Source of the DNA: an alpha proteobacterium MED-G09
GTDB lineage: Bacteria > Pseudomonadota > Alphaproteobacteria > MED-G09
Assembly: GCA_905182015.1 (NCBI GenBank)
Contig: CAJIZT010000005.1
Span: forward strand, 4,312 to 68,311
Length of the DNA stretch: 64,000 bases
Reading direction: 5' to 3'
How positions within the stretch are numbered: the first letter of the stretch is position 1; each line of letters opens with the position of its first letter. Below, piece by piece: positions 56,424 to 64,000 of the stretch. Made by a program: the position numbers and the translations under genes. A model generated the notes under the pieces. The model was not told the origin of the DNA. It made no database searches and saw nothing but the letters and a program-made list of their open reading frames with translations.

Positions 56424-57563
56424 ATGAAAACTTTTTATGTTAATGCGCGTTATCTTATTGTTCCAGTGATGACGATCGCAACTATTCTGGGACTATTTAT
56501 AGGGAATATTTTTGTTTGGGTTGGAGTAATTCTTTTTGGTTTAAACACCATTGTTGATACACTTACTAAAGGTATTCACCTGCGGGCTGATTTTGATAAT
56601 GATGGTAAATCATTTGGTATAAAGAAACTTCAGTATTCTGTTATGTACTTTATGCTTCCTGCCTTTATTACTCTACAGATTATTTTAGCATGGCGCTTGT
56701 ATCAATATACTTCTTATATTCCTATAGAGAATCTAACATTTTTGGGTATTTCTTATCAAAATGGAATAACTAGTTTTAATTTAATTGGATCGGTTTTATC
56801 AGCTGGATTATGGGCTGGGCTAGGTATAATCTACGGCCATGAATTATCCCATAATAGAAAAGAGGGTTTTTTAGTTTCTAGGCTAATTATGGCATTAAGC
56901 GGAGCGTCGCACTTTACTTATGCCCATGTCTACAATCATCACCTTGATTTGGGTCATGAGGATGATCCTGCAACCGCGCCAAGAGGAAGGAACGTTTATT
57001 CCCACGCCTGGTTATCTCATGCCGGACAATCTCAATATTCTTATGATCTTGAAAGGTCAAAGCTAAAGAGACAAAAAAAATCTTTTTTTAGTCTAAGTAA
57101 TAAATGGATTGTTGGTTATCTTTATAGCCTTCCATCGATTTTCTTATTTGTTTGGGCCGGAGGTGTTGTCGGTGTTCTTGCATTAATAGTGGTCTGGGTT
57201 ATATCAAATTTTCTTTTAGAGGCTTTAAATTTTATGGGTCATTACGGCTTAATTCGTGAAAAAGGAAAGCCAGTTGAGCATAGACATTCATGGGATAACG
57301 ATAACTTATTTACTAGTTGGTTTTTTATTGAAATAGGAAGACAGGGAGACCATCATGTTCGGGGAGAGACTTACTTCTGGGAGCTCGATGACGTTGATGC
57401 CCCTAATTACGGAATAGGTTACTTTTCTTTATTTGTCTTAACCTTAATTCCAGTATTATTTAGAAAATATACACAAAACCTTCTGGATGACTGGGATAAT
57501 AATAAAGCAACTGAGGTTGAAAGAAAGATTGCTAATCAATTTAACAATCCCTCAATAACCTAG
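56424..57563 (+). CDS. Membrane di-iron monooxygenase, AlkB/XylM family
   Basis: HELSH, HVYNHH, DPATAPRG, NFMGHYG, RQGDHH; C-terminal DWD...AT..ER like XylM; start ATG 56424 behind AGGAG. Confidence 0.9.
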   Translation: MKTFYVNARYLIVPVMTIATILGLFIGNIFVWVGVILFGLNTIVDTLTKGIHLRADFDNDGKSFGIKKLQYSVMYFMLPAFITLQIILAWRLYQYTSYIPIENLTFLGISYQNGITSFNLIGSVLSAGLWAGLGIIYGHELSHNRKEGFLVSRLIMALSGASHFTYAHVYNHHLDLGHEDDPATAPRGRNVYSHAWLSHAGQSQYSYDLERSKLKRQKKSFFSLSNKWIVGYLYSLPSIFLFVWAGGVVGVLALIVVWVISNFLLEALNFMGHYGLIREKGKPVEHRHSWDNDNLFTSWFFIEIGRQGDHHVRGETYFWELDDVDAPNYGIGYFSLFVLTLIPVLFRKYTQNLLDDWDNNKATEVERKIANQFNNPSIT

Positions 57564-57581
57564 CTAATCAAAACTTAACCC

Positions 57582-57890
57582 ATGTTTAATATATTTAAAA
57601 ATAAATCATCAAGCTATATTGCAAAGCTTGAACCCAGCGGTAAAGAGATTGTGGTCAAAAAAGGTGAAAACCTTTTAACAGCAGCTTTATCGCTAGGCAT
57701 CAAATGGCCTCACAAATGCCGTGTAGGTAGCTGTGGAAGCTGTAAATGTAAAATTATTGAAGGAAATATTTCTCCTGAAATAGATTTTGGTTATGTTTTA
57801 AATTTTAATGAATTAAACGAGGGTTATGCACTTGCCTGTCAAACAGCACTCAAGACTGACATTAAGGTGATAATTAATTTAAAGGAATAA
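57582..57890 (+). CDS. Plant-type 2Fe-2S ferredoxin (XylA N-domain-like)
   Basis: PHKCRVGSCGSCKC...LACQ. Confidence 0.92.
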   Translation: MFNIFKNKSSSYIAKLEPSGKEIVVKKGENLLTAALSLGIKWPHKCRVGSCGSCKCKIIEGNISPEIDFGYVLNFNELNEGYALACQTALKTDIKVIINLKE

Positions 57891-57903
57891 ATAGGAGAAA
57901 AAA

Positions 57904-58113
57904 ATGAAAAATATACAAGCAATTTCTATAATGTTTATTTGGACAGCTATTTCAATATTAGTTTTATATTTTTTTGACGCTCATAACCATTATCGTCAAA
58001 TAAGTTGGGCAATAGGTATTGCAATATCATTACTTTTTGTTCACATGATAAATATGATTATATATTTTAATATAACGGGAAAAGAACCTTATAAATGGTT
58101 CAAGTCTTCTTAG
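57904..58113 (+). CDS. Small two-helix membrane protein
   Basis: AGGAG SD, 69 aa, 13 nt after the ferredoxin. Confidence 0.7.
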   Translation: MKNIQAISIMFIWTAISILVLYFFDAHNHYRQISWAIGIAISLLFVHMINMIIYFNITGKEPYKWFKSS

Positions 58114-58136
58114 TAAAAATAGGGTGATGGGGTATT

Positions 58137-59504
58137 TTAAATAGTTCCGTTACCCTCATTATCTTCTATTAATTTTGATGAAATTAATTTTAATCGCATA
58201 AAAATAAAAATAGAAAAAATTACTAGCCCTAAAATCATACCGATCCACATTCCATCAGCCCCCAAGGGCTCACGAACTCCGTGGTAAGTTAGAAAATATC
58301 CAAGGGGTATAGCGAAAACCCAATACGAAATAATTAGATAAATCATAGGCACAAAAGTATCCTTATACCCCCTTAAGGCTCCTAAACTACCCATCTGTAT
58401 GCCGTCCGGTATTTGAAATATTGCAGCAAATAATACAAGGTGAACCGCAGCATTAAAGACAAGAATATCAGTTGTATAAAGAGAGGTTAGTGTGCCTTTT
58501 AGTGATAAAAGAACGGTCATATTAAGAAAAGCTCCCAATAAACACAATATAACAGATACAAAAGAAGCGTAGCGTGCGTCTAAAAATCTTTTTTCGCCGA
58601 TAAGATTTCCAATTCTAGTTGCTGCAGACAACCCAATAGCCAAAGGAAGCATAAATACAATACTGGCAATATTTAATGCTATTGCGTGACCGGCTATAAC
58701 AACCTCTCCCAGTTGACCAATTACAATTGCCGCTCCAGCAAACATACTCATTTCAACAAATATACCAATACCAATAGGAAGGCCCAACTTAAGAAGTTCT
58801 GAGCTAGTCTCTTTTGATGGGCCATTAAATTTTTTTAGGAGATTTGTTTTCTTATACTGATTAAAATTAAGAACTATAAAGCCAAGAGATAAAAACATAA
58901 GAAAGGAAACAATAGAAGTTGCATAACCACATCCAACACTCCCCATCTCAGGAAGGCCCATGTAACCAAAGGCAAATATAATATCTAGTGGGATGTTTAT
59001 TAGAGAGCCTATAAAAACAACCATAAAGACAGGTGAAGTTAATGTCATACCTTCGCTGTAAGAACTTAAAAACCTAAACATAGTATAAAAGAACATGCCA
59101 ATAGACGCTGCCTTGAGATAAGAAATTGATATTTCTAGAATACTTTCTTTCATAGGAAAGAAAATTAAAACCTCACTTATAAAAAGGAAAATTAAAAAAA
59201 TTAAGGAAGCCAAGATGATTGCTATCCAGAAAATTTCTCTCATTTTTTTTCCAATTTGATTGTATTTTTTTGCACCATATAATTGCGCAACAATTGGTGT
59301 TATTGCGAACATTATTCCCTGAAAAAGCATATATATAGGGAAGGTAAAGGCACCTGCAATAACAAGCCCTGCCAATTCCTCGGCTCCATAACGTCCGGAA
59401 ACAATGGTGTCCGTGGTGTGCATAATCATATAGGATAATTGTGACCCTAGTATGGGGAGGCCTATTTTAAAAAAATGCCTCGATTCTGTAATAAATTTAT
59501 CCAT
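58137..59504 (-). CDS. MATE family efflux transporter (NorM-like)
   Basis: TDTIVSGRYG, TPIVAQLYGA, INIPLD, LGLPIG, FQIPDGIQ..GALRGYKDT; start 59504 or 59519. Confidence 0.93.
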   Translation of the reverse strand: MDKFITESRHFFKIGLPILGSQLSYMIMHTTDTIVSGRYGAEELAGLVIAGAFTFPIYMLFQGIMFAITPIVAQLYGAKKYNQIGKKMREIFWIAIILASLIFLIFLFISEVLIFFPMKESILEISISYLKAASIGMFFYTMFRFLSSYSEGMTLTSPVFMVVFIGSLINIPLDIIFAFGYMGLPEMGSVGCGYATSIVSFLMFLSLGFIVLNFNQYKKTNLLKKFNGPSKETSSELLKLGLPIGIGIFVEMSMFAGAAIVIGQLGEVVIAGHAIALNIASIVFMLPLAIGLSAATRIGNLIGEKRFLDARYASFVSVILCLLGAFLNMTVLLSLKGTLTSLYTTDILVFNAAVHLVLFAAIFQIPDGIQMGSLGALRGYKDTFVPMIYLIISYWVFAIPLGYFLTYHGVREPLGADGMWIGMILGLVIFSIFIFMRLKLISSKLIEDNEGNGTI

Positions 59505-59614
59505 GAGAGTGCTTATCACAATTTGAACAATTACTAAAATTTAGCATTTTTCAATCCATTTTTTTATTTATTAGTGTAAGCTAATTTAGTTAACATTAAA
59601 TTGGGGGATTTATT

Positions 59615-59713
59615 ATGTTACTAAGGCTTATTTTACTATTCATGCTTTTATCATCTCTTTTCATAGTATTTAACGCAGTTTATAAATGGTTTGGATTTCT
59701 TCAACCCTATTAG
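59615..59713 (+). CDS. Putative 32-aa single-TM microprotein
   Basis: GGGGGA SD; MLLRLILLFMLLSSLFIVFNAVYKWFGFLQPY. Confidence 0.45.
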   Translation: MLLRLILLFMLLSSLFIVFNAVYKWFGFLQPY

Positions 59714-59763
59714 GCCTTATTCACATAAATTTGATTTTTTAATATTATTTGTTAAGATAGATT

Positions 59764-59898
59764 ATGCATAAAGCCGAAAGATTATATAAATCTGATAGAG
59801 CTAGAGATAGAAGATCTAAAATGAAAGAAATTGTTAATATAAAATTATCCAATCTATACTCAAAGTTGCACAAGCTAAGAACAAAGAAAAAAACTTAA
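59764..59898 (+). CDS. Putative 44-aa basic protein
   Basis: MHKAERLYKSDRARDRRSKMKEIVNIKLSNLYSKLHKLRTKKKT. Confidence 0.45.
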   Translation: MHKAERLYKSDRARDRRSKMKEIVNIKLSNLYSKLHKLRTKKKT

Positions 59899-60107
59899 AA
59901 TCTAAATTTTTTCAATCTCTTAGCCCTATCAGGATATTCCGATTTGATGTTATATTTTAAATTTTTTTTAAATCCAAACATTCAATTTTCTAGATAGGTT
60001 AGTGGTATTTTTATGATTAAGGTCTGTCTTTATGTTTCATTGAATTATATTGAATATGTTAGCAAATGGGGCTATGTGTCTAAGAGATAAGAATAAGGAA
60101 GAAAATT

Positions 60108-60488
60108 ATGGTCAATATAATTTTATTAACACTGCTATTTTATTTTATACAATTTCCAATACCTGCGCTTTTAAGTTTAAAAAATGTTCCACTTTCTTAT
60201 TTTCCATCCAATAGGGATAAAGAGGTTAATTTTTCGGTGTTATCAGGGAGAGTTCAAAGGGCAATAAACAATTTAAAGGAAAGCCTTTTTATTTTTATTC
60301 CTTTGGCCTTATTGAGTATAATTCAAGAAATTGACCTAACTTTAGCTGCAACTATTTGGCTAGCATTGAGAGTAATCTATGCAATCACCTATTATATGGG
60401 TGTTTCCAATGTAAGGACTATTGTCTGGCTTATTTCCATTTTTACACTTATTGACATGGCGATTAGAATATTTAAACACTCTATTTAA
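60108..60488 (+). CDS. MAPEG family membrane protein
   Basis: R..RA..N..ES..IF, RVIY, R...W motifs. Confidence 0.88.
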   Translation: MVNIILLTLLFYFIQFPIPALLSLKNVPLSYFPSNRDKEVNFSVLSGRVQRAINNLKESLFIFIPLALLSIIQEIDLTLAATIWLALRVIYAITYYMGVSNVRTIVWLISIFTLIDMAIRIFKHSI

Positions 60489-60532
60489 TTAATCTTTAAG
60501 TTTTTCAAAACTACAAATATGACAGGAACGAA

Positions 60533-60802
60533 ATGAAAAAAATTATAATCTTTATTTTTATTTGTATTTTCTCATCCTCAATTGGTGCAAAAGAAAATCA
60601 ATCTGTTTGGGGTAAGGAGGAGAAAACTGACACAGAAAAGTGTCAAATTGCTATCGAAGAGGGTGTTTCCGTTAAAATAAAAACATCCAAGTCCCTAGAA
60701 AGAACAGCTTATTTTTTTGACGGTTCTTTTTTTATGTTGTCCGACTACAATGAATTTATAATCTGCTTTAGGTATTCAAAAAAAGATCTTCAATTAAAAT
60801 AA
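60533..60802 (+). CDS. Secreted hypothetical protein
   Basis: Signal peptide MKKIIIFIFICIFSSSIGA, two Cys in the mature part. Confidence 0.6.
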   Translation: MKKIIIFIFICIFSSSIGAKENQSVWGKEEKTDTEKCQIAIEEGVSVKIKTSKSLERTAYFFDGSFFMLSDYNEFIICFRYSKKDLQLK

Positions 60803-60836
60803 TTAAATAAAATTATTAAATATCAAGGTAAATTTA

Positions 60837-60947
60837 ATGTCTAAAATAATAGAAAAAGTAATCTTAACTATTTTTATATTGGGAATATCTTTTGTGATTT
60901 TAAAGCTGGTTGTTTTTGATTTTATTATTAAGACTTTTATAGATTAA
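60837..60947 (+). CDS. Putative 36-aa single-TM microprotein
   Basis: AAGGT SD; MSKIIEKVILTIFILGISFVILKLVVFDFIIKTFID. Confidence 0.45.
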   Translation: MSKIIEKVILTIFILGISFVILKLVVFDFIIKTFID

Positions 60948-60964
60948 TTATATGGTGTAACTAT

Positions 60965-61054
60965 ATGATAAAAAGTATTTTTTATTCATTTATTCCTCTG
61001 ATTGTTTTAATTATATTTTTAAGAATTGTTTTTCTCTTCAGGGATTTTATTTAG
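60965..61054 (+). CDS. Putative 29-aa single-TM microprotein
   Basis: GGTG upstream; MIKSIFYSFIPLIVLIIFLRIVFLFRDFI. Confidence 0.35.
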   Translation: MIKSIFYSFIPLIVLIIFLRIVFLFRDFI

Positions 61055-61422
61055 TTTAGTGAGAACTTAATTATTGTATCGAAATCAATAATATCTAAAG
61101 TTTTTATGTTTGTTGCTTCAGTCACAACCGGAGGTGCGACTCCAGAGTTATAGGATTCGAGCCATCTATTTGCGCATAAACACCATTTCTGTCCAGGCTT
61201 TAAGCCCTCGAAATCATATTCCGGTCTCGGTGTTGATAAATCATTTCCTACACTCATTGAAAAATCCAAGAATTCTTCTGTTAATATAACACAAACTGTA
61301 TGAAGACCACGATCAGTCTTGTCTGTATCGCAGCATCCATTTCTAAAAAAACCTGTAACAGGATCTTGTGAGCACGACTCCAATTGTCTTCCGTGAATAT
61401 TAGTTTGATTACTTTCTTTCAT
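61051..61422 (-). CDS. DUF2237 family protein
   Basis: CSQDPVTGFFRNGCC, HTVC, GNDLSTPRPEY.F.GLKPG..WCLCA.RW. Confidence 0.92.
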   Translation of the reverse strand: MKESNQTNIHGRQLESCSQDPVTGFFRNGCCDTDKTDRGLHTVCVILTEEFLDFSMSVGNDLSTPRPEYDFEGLKPGQKWCLCANRWLESYNSGVAPPVVTEATNIKTLDIIDFDTIIKFSLN

Positions 61423-63466
61423 TTTCACCCTCTAGTTCAAATACATAAATGGAATTACCCTTTTGAGGTTGGTAGATATCAGGGCTGACCAACGATGTTA
61501 ATGCTCTAAATACTCCCATTCCTGTTGTAACTGCAACATATTGTTTATTATTTACACTATAAGTTATTGGAAATCCATGAAGTGCTGAATTCAATCTAGT
61601 CTGCCATATAATTTTACCAGTTTTTGAATTAAATGCCTTAAAATATCGATCCAAATCTCCAATAAATGTTATTCCTCCAGCAGTACTAAGAGATGATGTT
61701 AAAAACATTGCTTCTTGTTCGTGTGACCAATTAACTTTCATTTCCTCAAGGTCCACTGAGATCACCTTACCTATCTTTCCTTCAACCCCTGGTTTTTCAT
61801 AAGACCTTGAATCAGCTCCGAACCCTCCAAACCCTTCCTTTTTTTCAACCTCTCTTCCAATCATATCCGCACATAGTTGATGGAGTGGTATTATTAATGA
61901 ATTGCTTTCTTTATCATAAGACATTGCCTGCCAGTTATGGCCTCCATAAATTCCAGGACATACGGAAAAGGAATTATTAACCTTTGAATTAAGAATATCC
62001 TCTCTGTAGGTAAGCTTTCCAGTTTTGTAGTTGATCTTTTGATAGATATTCTGGTTTACAGTTTCCAATAGGCTTATAAATTTTCCATTCTCTCTGTCCA
62101 TCTTCCACAGAATTCCGTCCTTGCCGATTGTATATAAGAGTTTTTTATTATTGTAATCCACTAAAACTCTCTCAAACCCAACCTCCATATCAATAGTTTC
62201 CCCAGGTATGTGTTGGTAAAACCATTTAATTTTTCCTGTATTTGGATTTATTGCTAGAGTGGAATTTGTATACAAAGCAGAATCTTTTGTTGTCATACCC
62301 CTGCTATCGGCAACCCATGGCTTTGCCTGTGATGTTCCAATAAAGAAAAGGTTTAAGGTAGGGTCATAACTTCCTGGTATCCAAGTATCGCCTCCAGCTC
62401 TATATATTGAATCTGTATCACCCCAGGTATCTCCATGCTTATCCCCGGGGTAAGCTATCGTTGATGTTCTCCATATTTCCCGTCCATTATCTGGGTTATG
62501 ACCAGTTATAAAACAACCCTCCTTAATATACCTTTCGCATCCGTTAATACCACTCACAATGACACCGTTTGCCACTATTGGACCACTGGTATGTGTATAA
62601 CCATCTTGAAAATTAGCCTTTTTAGTTTTCCATAATAAATTTCCAGTTTTTATATCAAGAGCGATAAGGGATGCATCATATGTAGCCATAAAAATCTTAT
62701 CTTCATATATTGCGATATTTCTTGTTGGACCTCCCAAGGTTTTAGAGCCCTTAGGGAAGGGATAATTATACTCCCATATTAATTCACCATTTTTAGCATT
62801 TAATGCCTGTATTGTATTCCCAGGGTTAGTTAGGAACATTATACCTTGGCTAACTAAAGGAGTTATTTGATTGCTTCCCTCATTCATGCTCAAGCTCCAA
62901 GAAAGTTTGAGTTTTTGAATATTACTGGTATTTATAATTTTTAACGGACTGTAACCCTGACCATCAACTGTTCTTCTCCAAGATAGCCAATCTGAAGAGG
63001 GCGGGTTATTGATATCATTTAAGGTTATGTTATTAAAATTTAATATAGGCTTATTTTTAAAGTTAGTTTTTCTTTCCTGTGGCTGGTCTATTGTACTCGG
63101 ATCACTGAAGGCGACCCAACTCTCATCAATTTCTTTATTATTAGAGCTTAGGATATACTGATGAATCTCTTTGTATGTTTTATCGCTTAATAAGCCCTGA
63201 CTACCTGGTGGCATCGACTCTTTTGTGTAACTTAAAAGATCCTCAAATCCTTTTTTTTCCCATTTTTCTATAAATTGACCTCCAATCAACGATGATCCAT
63301 GCGCTGTCCCTCGGAGATTTAAGGAATGACAGTCTGAACAAAATTCTTCATATTTCTCCTCTCCTTGAAACACCTCCTGAGAAAGCAATTCTTGAAAATT
63401 AAAAATGTAAGAAAGAAATAATACAAAACTTAAAAAAACAGTAAGATTTTTTTTGTTATTTTTCAT
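61409..63466 (-). CDS. PQQ-dependent dehydrogenase with N-terminal cytochrome c domain
   Basis: Signal peptide, CSDCH heme motif, YSPL..IN..N, Trp-docking beta-propeller repeats, CPGIYGGHNW, PITYSVNNKQYVAV; start ATG 63466 behind GGGAGG. Confidence 0.9.
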   Translation of the reverse strand: MKNNKKNLTVFLSFVLFLSYIFNFQELLSQEVFQGEEKYEEFCSDCHSLNLRGTAHGSSLIGGQFIEKWEKKGFEDLLSYTKESMPPGSQGLLSDKTYKEIHQYILSSNNKEIDESWVAFSDPSTIDQPQERKTNFKNKPILNFNNITLNDINNPPSSDWLSWRRTVDGQGYSPLKIINTSNIQKLKLSWSLSMNEGSNQITPLVSQGIMFLTNPGNTIQALNAKNGELIWEYNYPFPKGSKTLGGPTRNIAIYEDKIFMATYDASLIALDIKTGNLLWKTKKANFQDGYTHTSGPIVANGVIVSGINGCERYIKEGCFITGHNPDNGREIWRTSTIAYPGDKHGDTWGDTDSIYRAGGDTWIPGSYDPTLNLFFIGTSQAKPWVADSRGMTTKDSALYTNSTLAINPNTGKIKWFYQHIPGETIDMEVGFERVLVDYNNKKLLYTIGKDGILWKMDRENGKFISLLETVNQNIYQKINYKTGKLTYREDILNSKVNNSFSVCPGIYGGHNWQAMSYDKESNSLIIPLHQLCADMIGREVEKKEGFGGFGADSRSYEKPGVEGKIGKVISVDLEEMKVNWSHEQEAMFLTSSLSTAGGITFIGDLDRYFKAFNSKTGKIIWQTRLNSALHGFPITYSVNNKQYVAVTTGMGVFRALTSLVSPDIYQPQKGNSIYVFELEGENERK

Positions 63467-63588
63467 AGAAAGCCTCCCCAACGCTTATTAAAAATTAAAT
63501 AAATAATAGATTTTTCCTGCGTCAATTAGTAGTCTTAAATTTTTAGAAGAAAGAGTCTATAAGCTAATTAAACAGTGAGGTTATTTTT

Positions 63589-63669
63589 ATGACAGCAATT
63601 TTAGTAATATTTATTTATTTAGTCGCTATACTTTTTTTAAACAAAATAACATACGGACGATTTGACTAA
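63589..63669 (+). CDS. Putative 26-aa single-TM microprotein
   Basis: GAGGT SD; MTAILVIFIYLVAILFLNKITYGRFD. Confidence 0.45.
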   Translation: MTAILVIFIYLVAILFLNKITYGRFD

Positions 63670-63671
63670 TT

Positions 63672-63881
63672 TTAGTCTTTATGCATCCAGCTGATAAGAG
63701 GAATTATTGGTATTATCCATGATATTCCTCCTATGAGGTAAAACAAGAAAACTCCAAATCCATTAAAGTTTGGTAACAATAAGTCACCTAAGGGGCCTAT
63801 TATGATTAGAAAAAATATTAACCATATCGGAATAATGATTGTTCCAATTAGTTTTCTATTTTTTGTTTTTAAAACACTCAT
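63672..63881 (-). CDS. DUF2842 family small membrane protein
   Basis: RKLIG...FYLIGGISWIIP..PLISWM. Confidence 0.8.
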   Translation of the reverse strand: MSVLKTKNRKLIGTIIIPIWLIFFLIIIGPLGDLLLPNFNGFGVFLFYLIGGISWIIPIIPLISWMHKD

Positions 63882-64000
63882 AGGGCTTTAACTCCTCAGT
63901 AAACATTAACTATCTTATATAAAGAGATTTAAATTGATTGAAACTAAAAAAAATACAAATCTATCACTAGTTATCTGGTCATCGACACTACTTTTTCTGC

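Noticed and set aside
59895..60090. 25-28 aa ORFs on both strands upstream of MAPEG
   Set aside because: No clear SD or distinctive composition; expected by chance

Overview
Low-GC, tightly packed bacterial chromosome segment. The housekeeping proteins and gene order (tolC-popZ-valS, plsX-fabH-ihfA-merR, DUF2842, alpha-type IlvD and RpoB) point to an Alphaproteobacterium; a streamlined marine lineage is my inference only. Bases 1-25.4 kb hold the rplL(3' end)-rpoBC-str-S10-spc-alpha ribosomal/RNA polymerase supercluster, with no tuf between fusA and rpsJ. A three-gene flavoprotein/DUF1365/cfa-like lipid-modification operon (furan fatty acid type) and tRNA-Asn follow. An accessory block at 29-38 kb carries two tandem alkenal reductases, a His-box desaturase/hydroxylase, an unannotated 56-aa coiled-coil ORF, a cytochrome P450 and a sucAB pair that looks gammaproteobacterial. 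Core genes resume at 38-52 kb (ABC-F, tRNA-Cys, tolC, popZ, valS, ilvD, xth, erpA, bamE, cbp3-like, plsX, fabH, ihfA, merR). The 52-64 kb stretch around tRNA-Pro(GGG) is a very AT-rich variable region with many microproteins, an RRM protein, a (TAAG)10 microsatellite, a XylM/AlkB-type monooxygenase with a variant QxxHH box plus a stand-alone 2Fe-2S ferredoxin, MATE, MAPEG, DUF2237 and a cytochrome c-PQQ dehydrogenase with an atypical metal site. I saw no integrase, transposase, CRISPR array or rRNA. All family calls come from recalled motifs; no database search was run.
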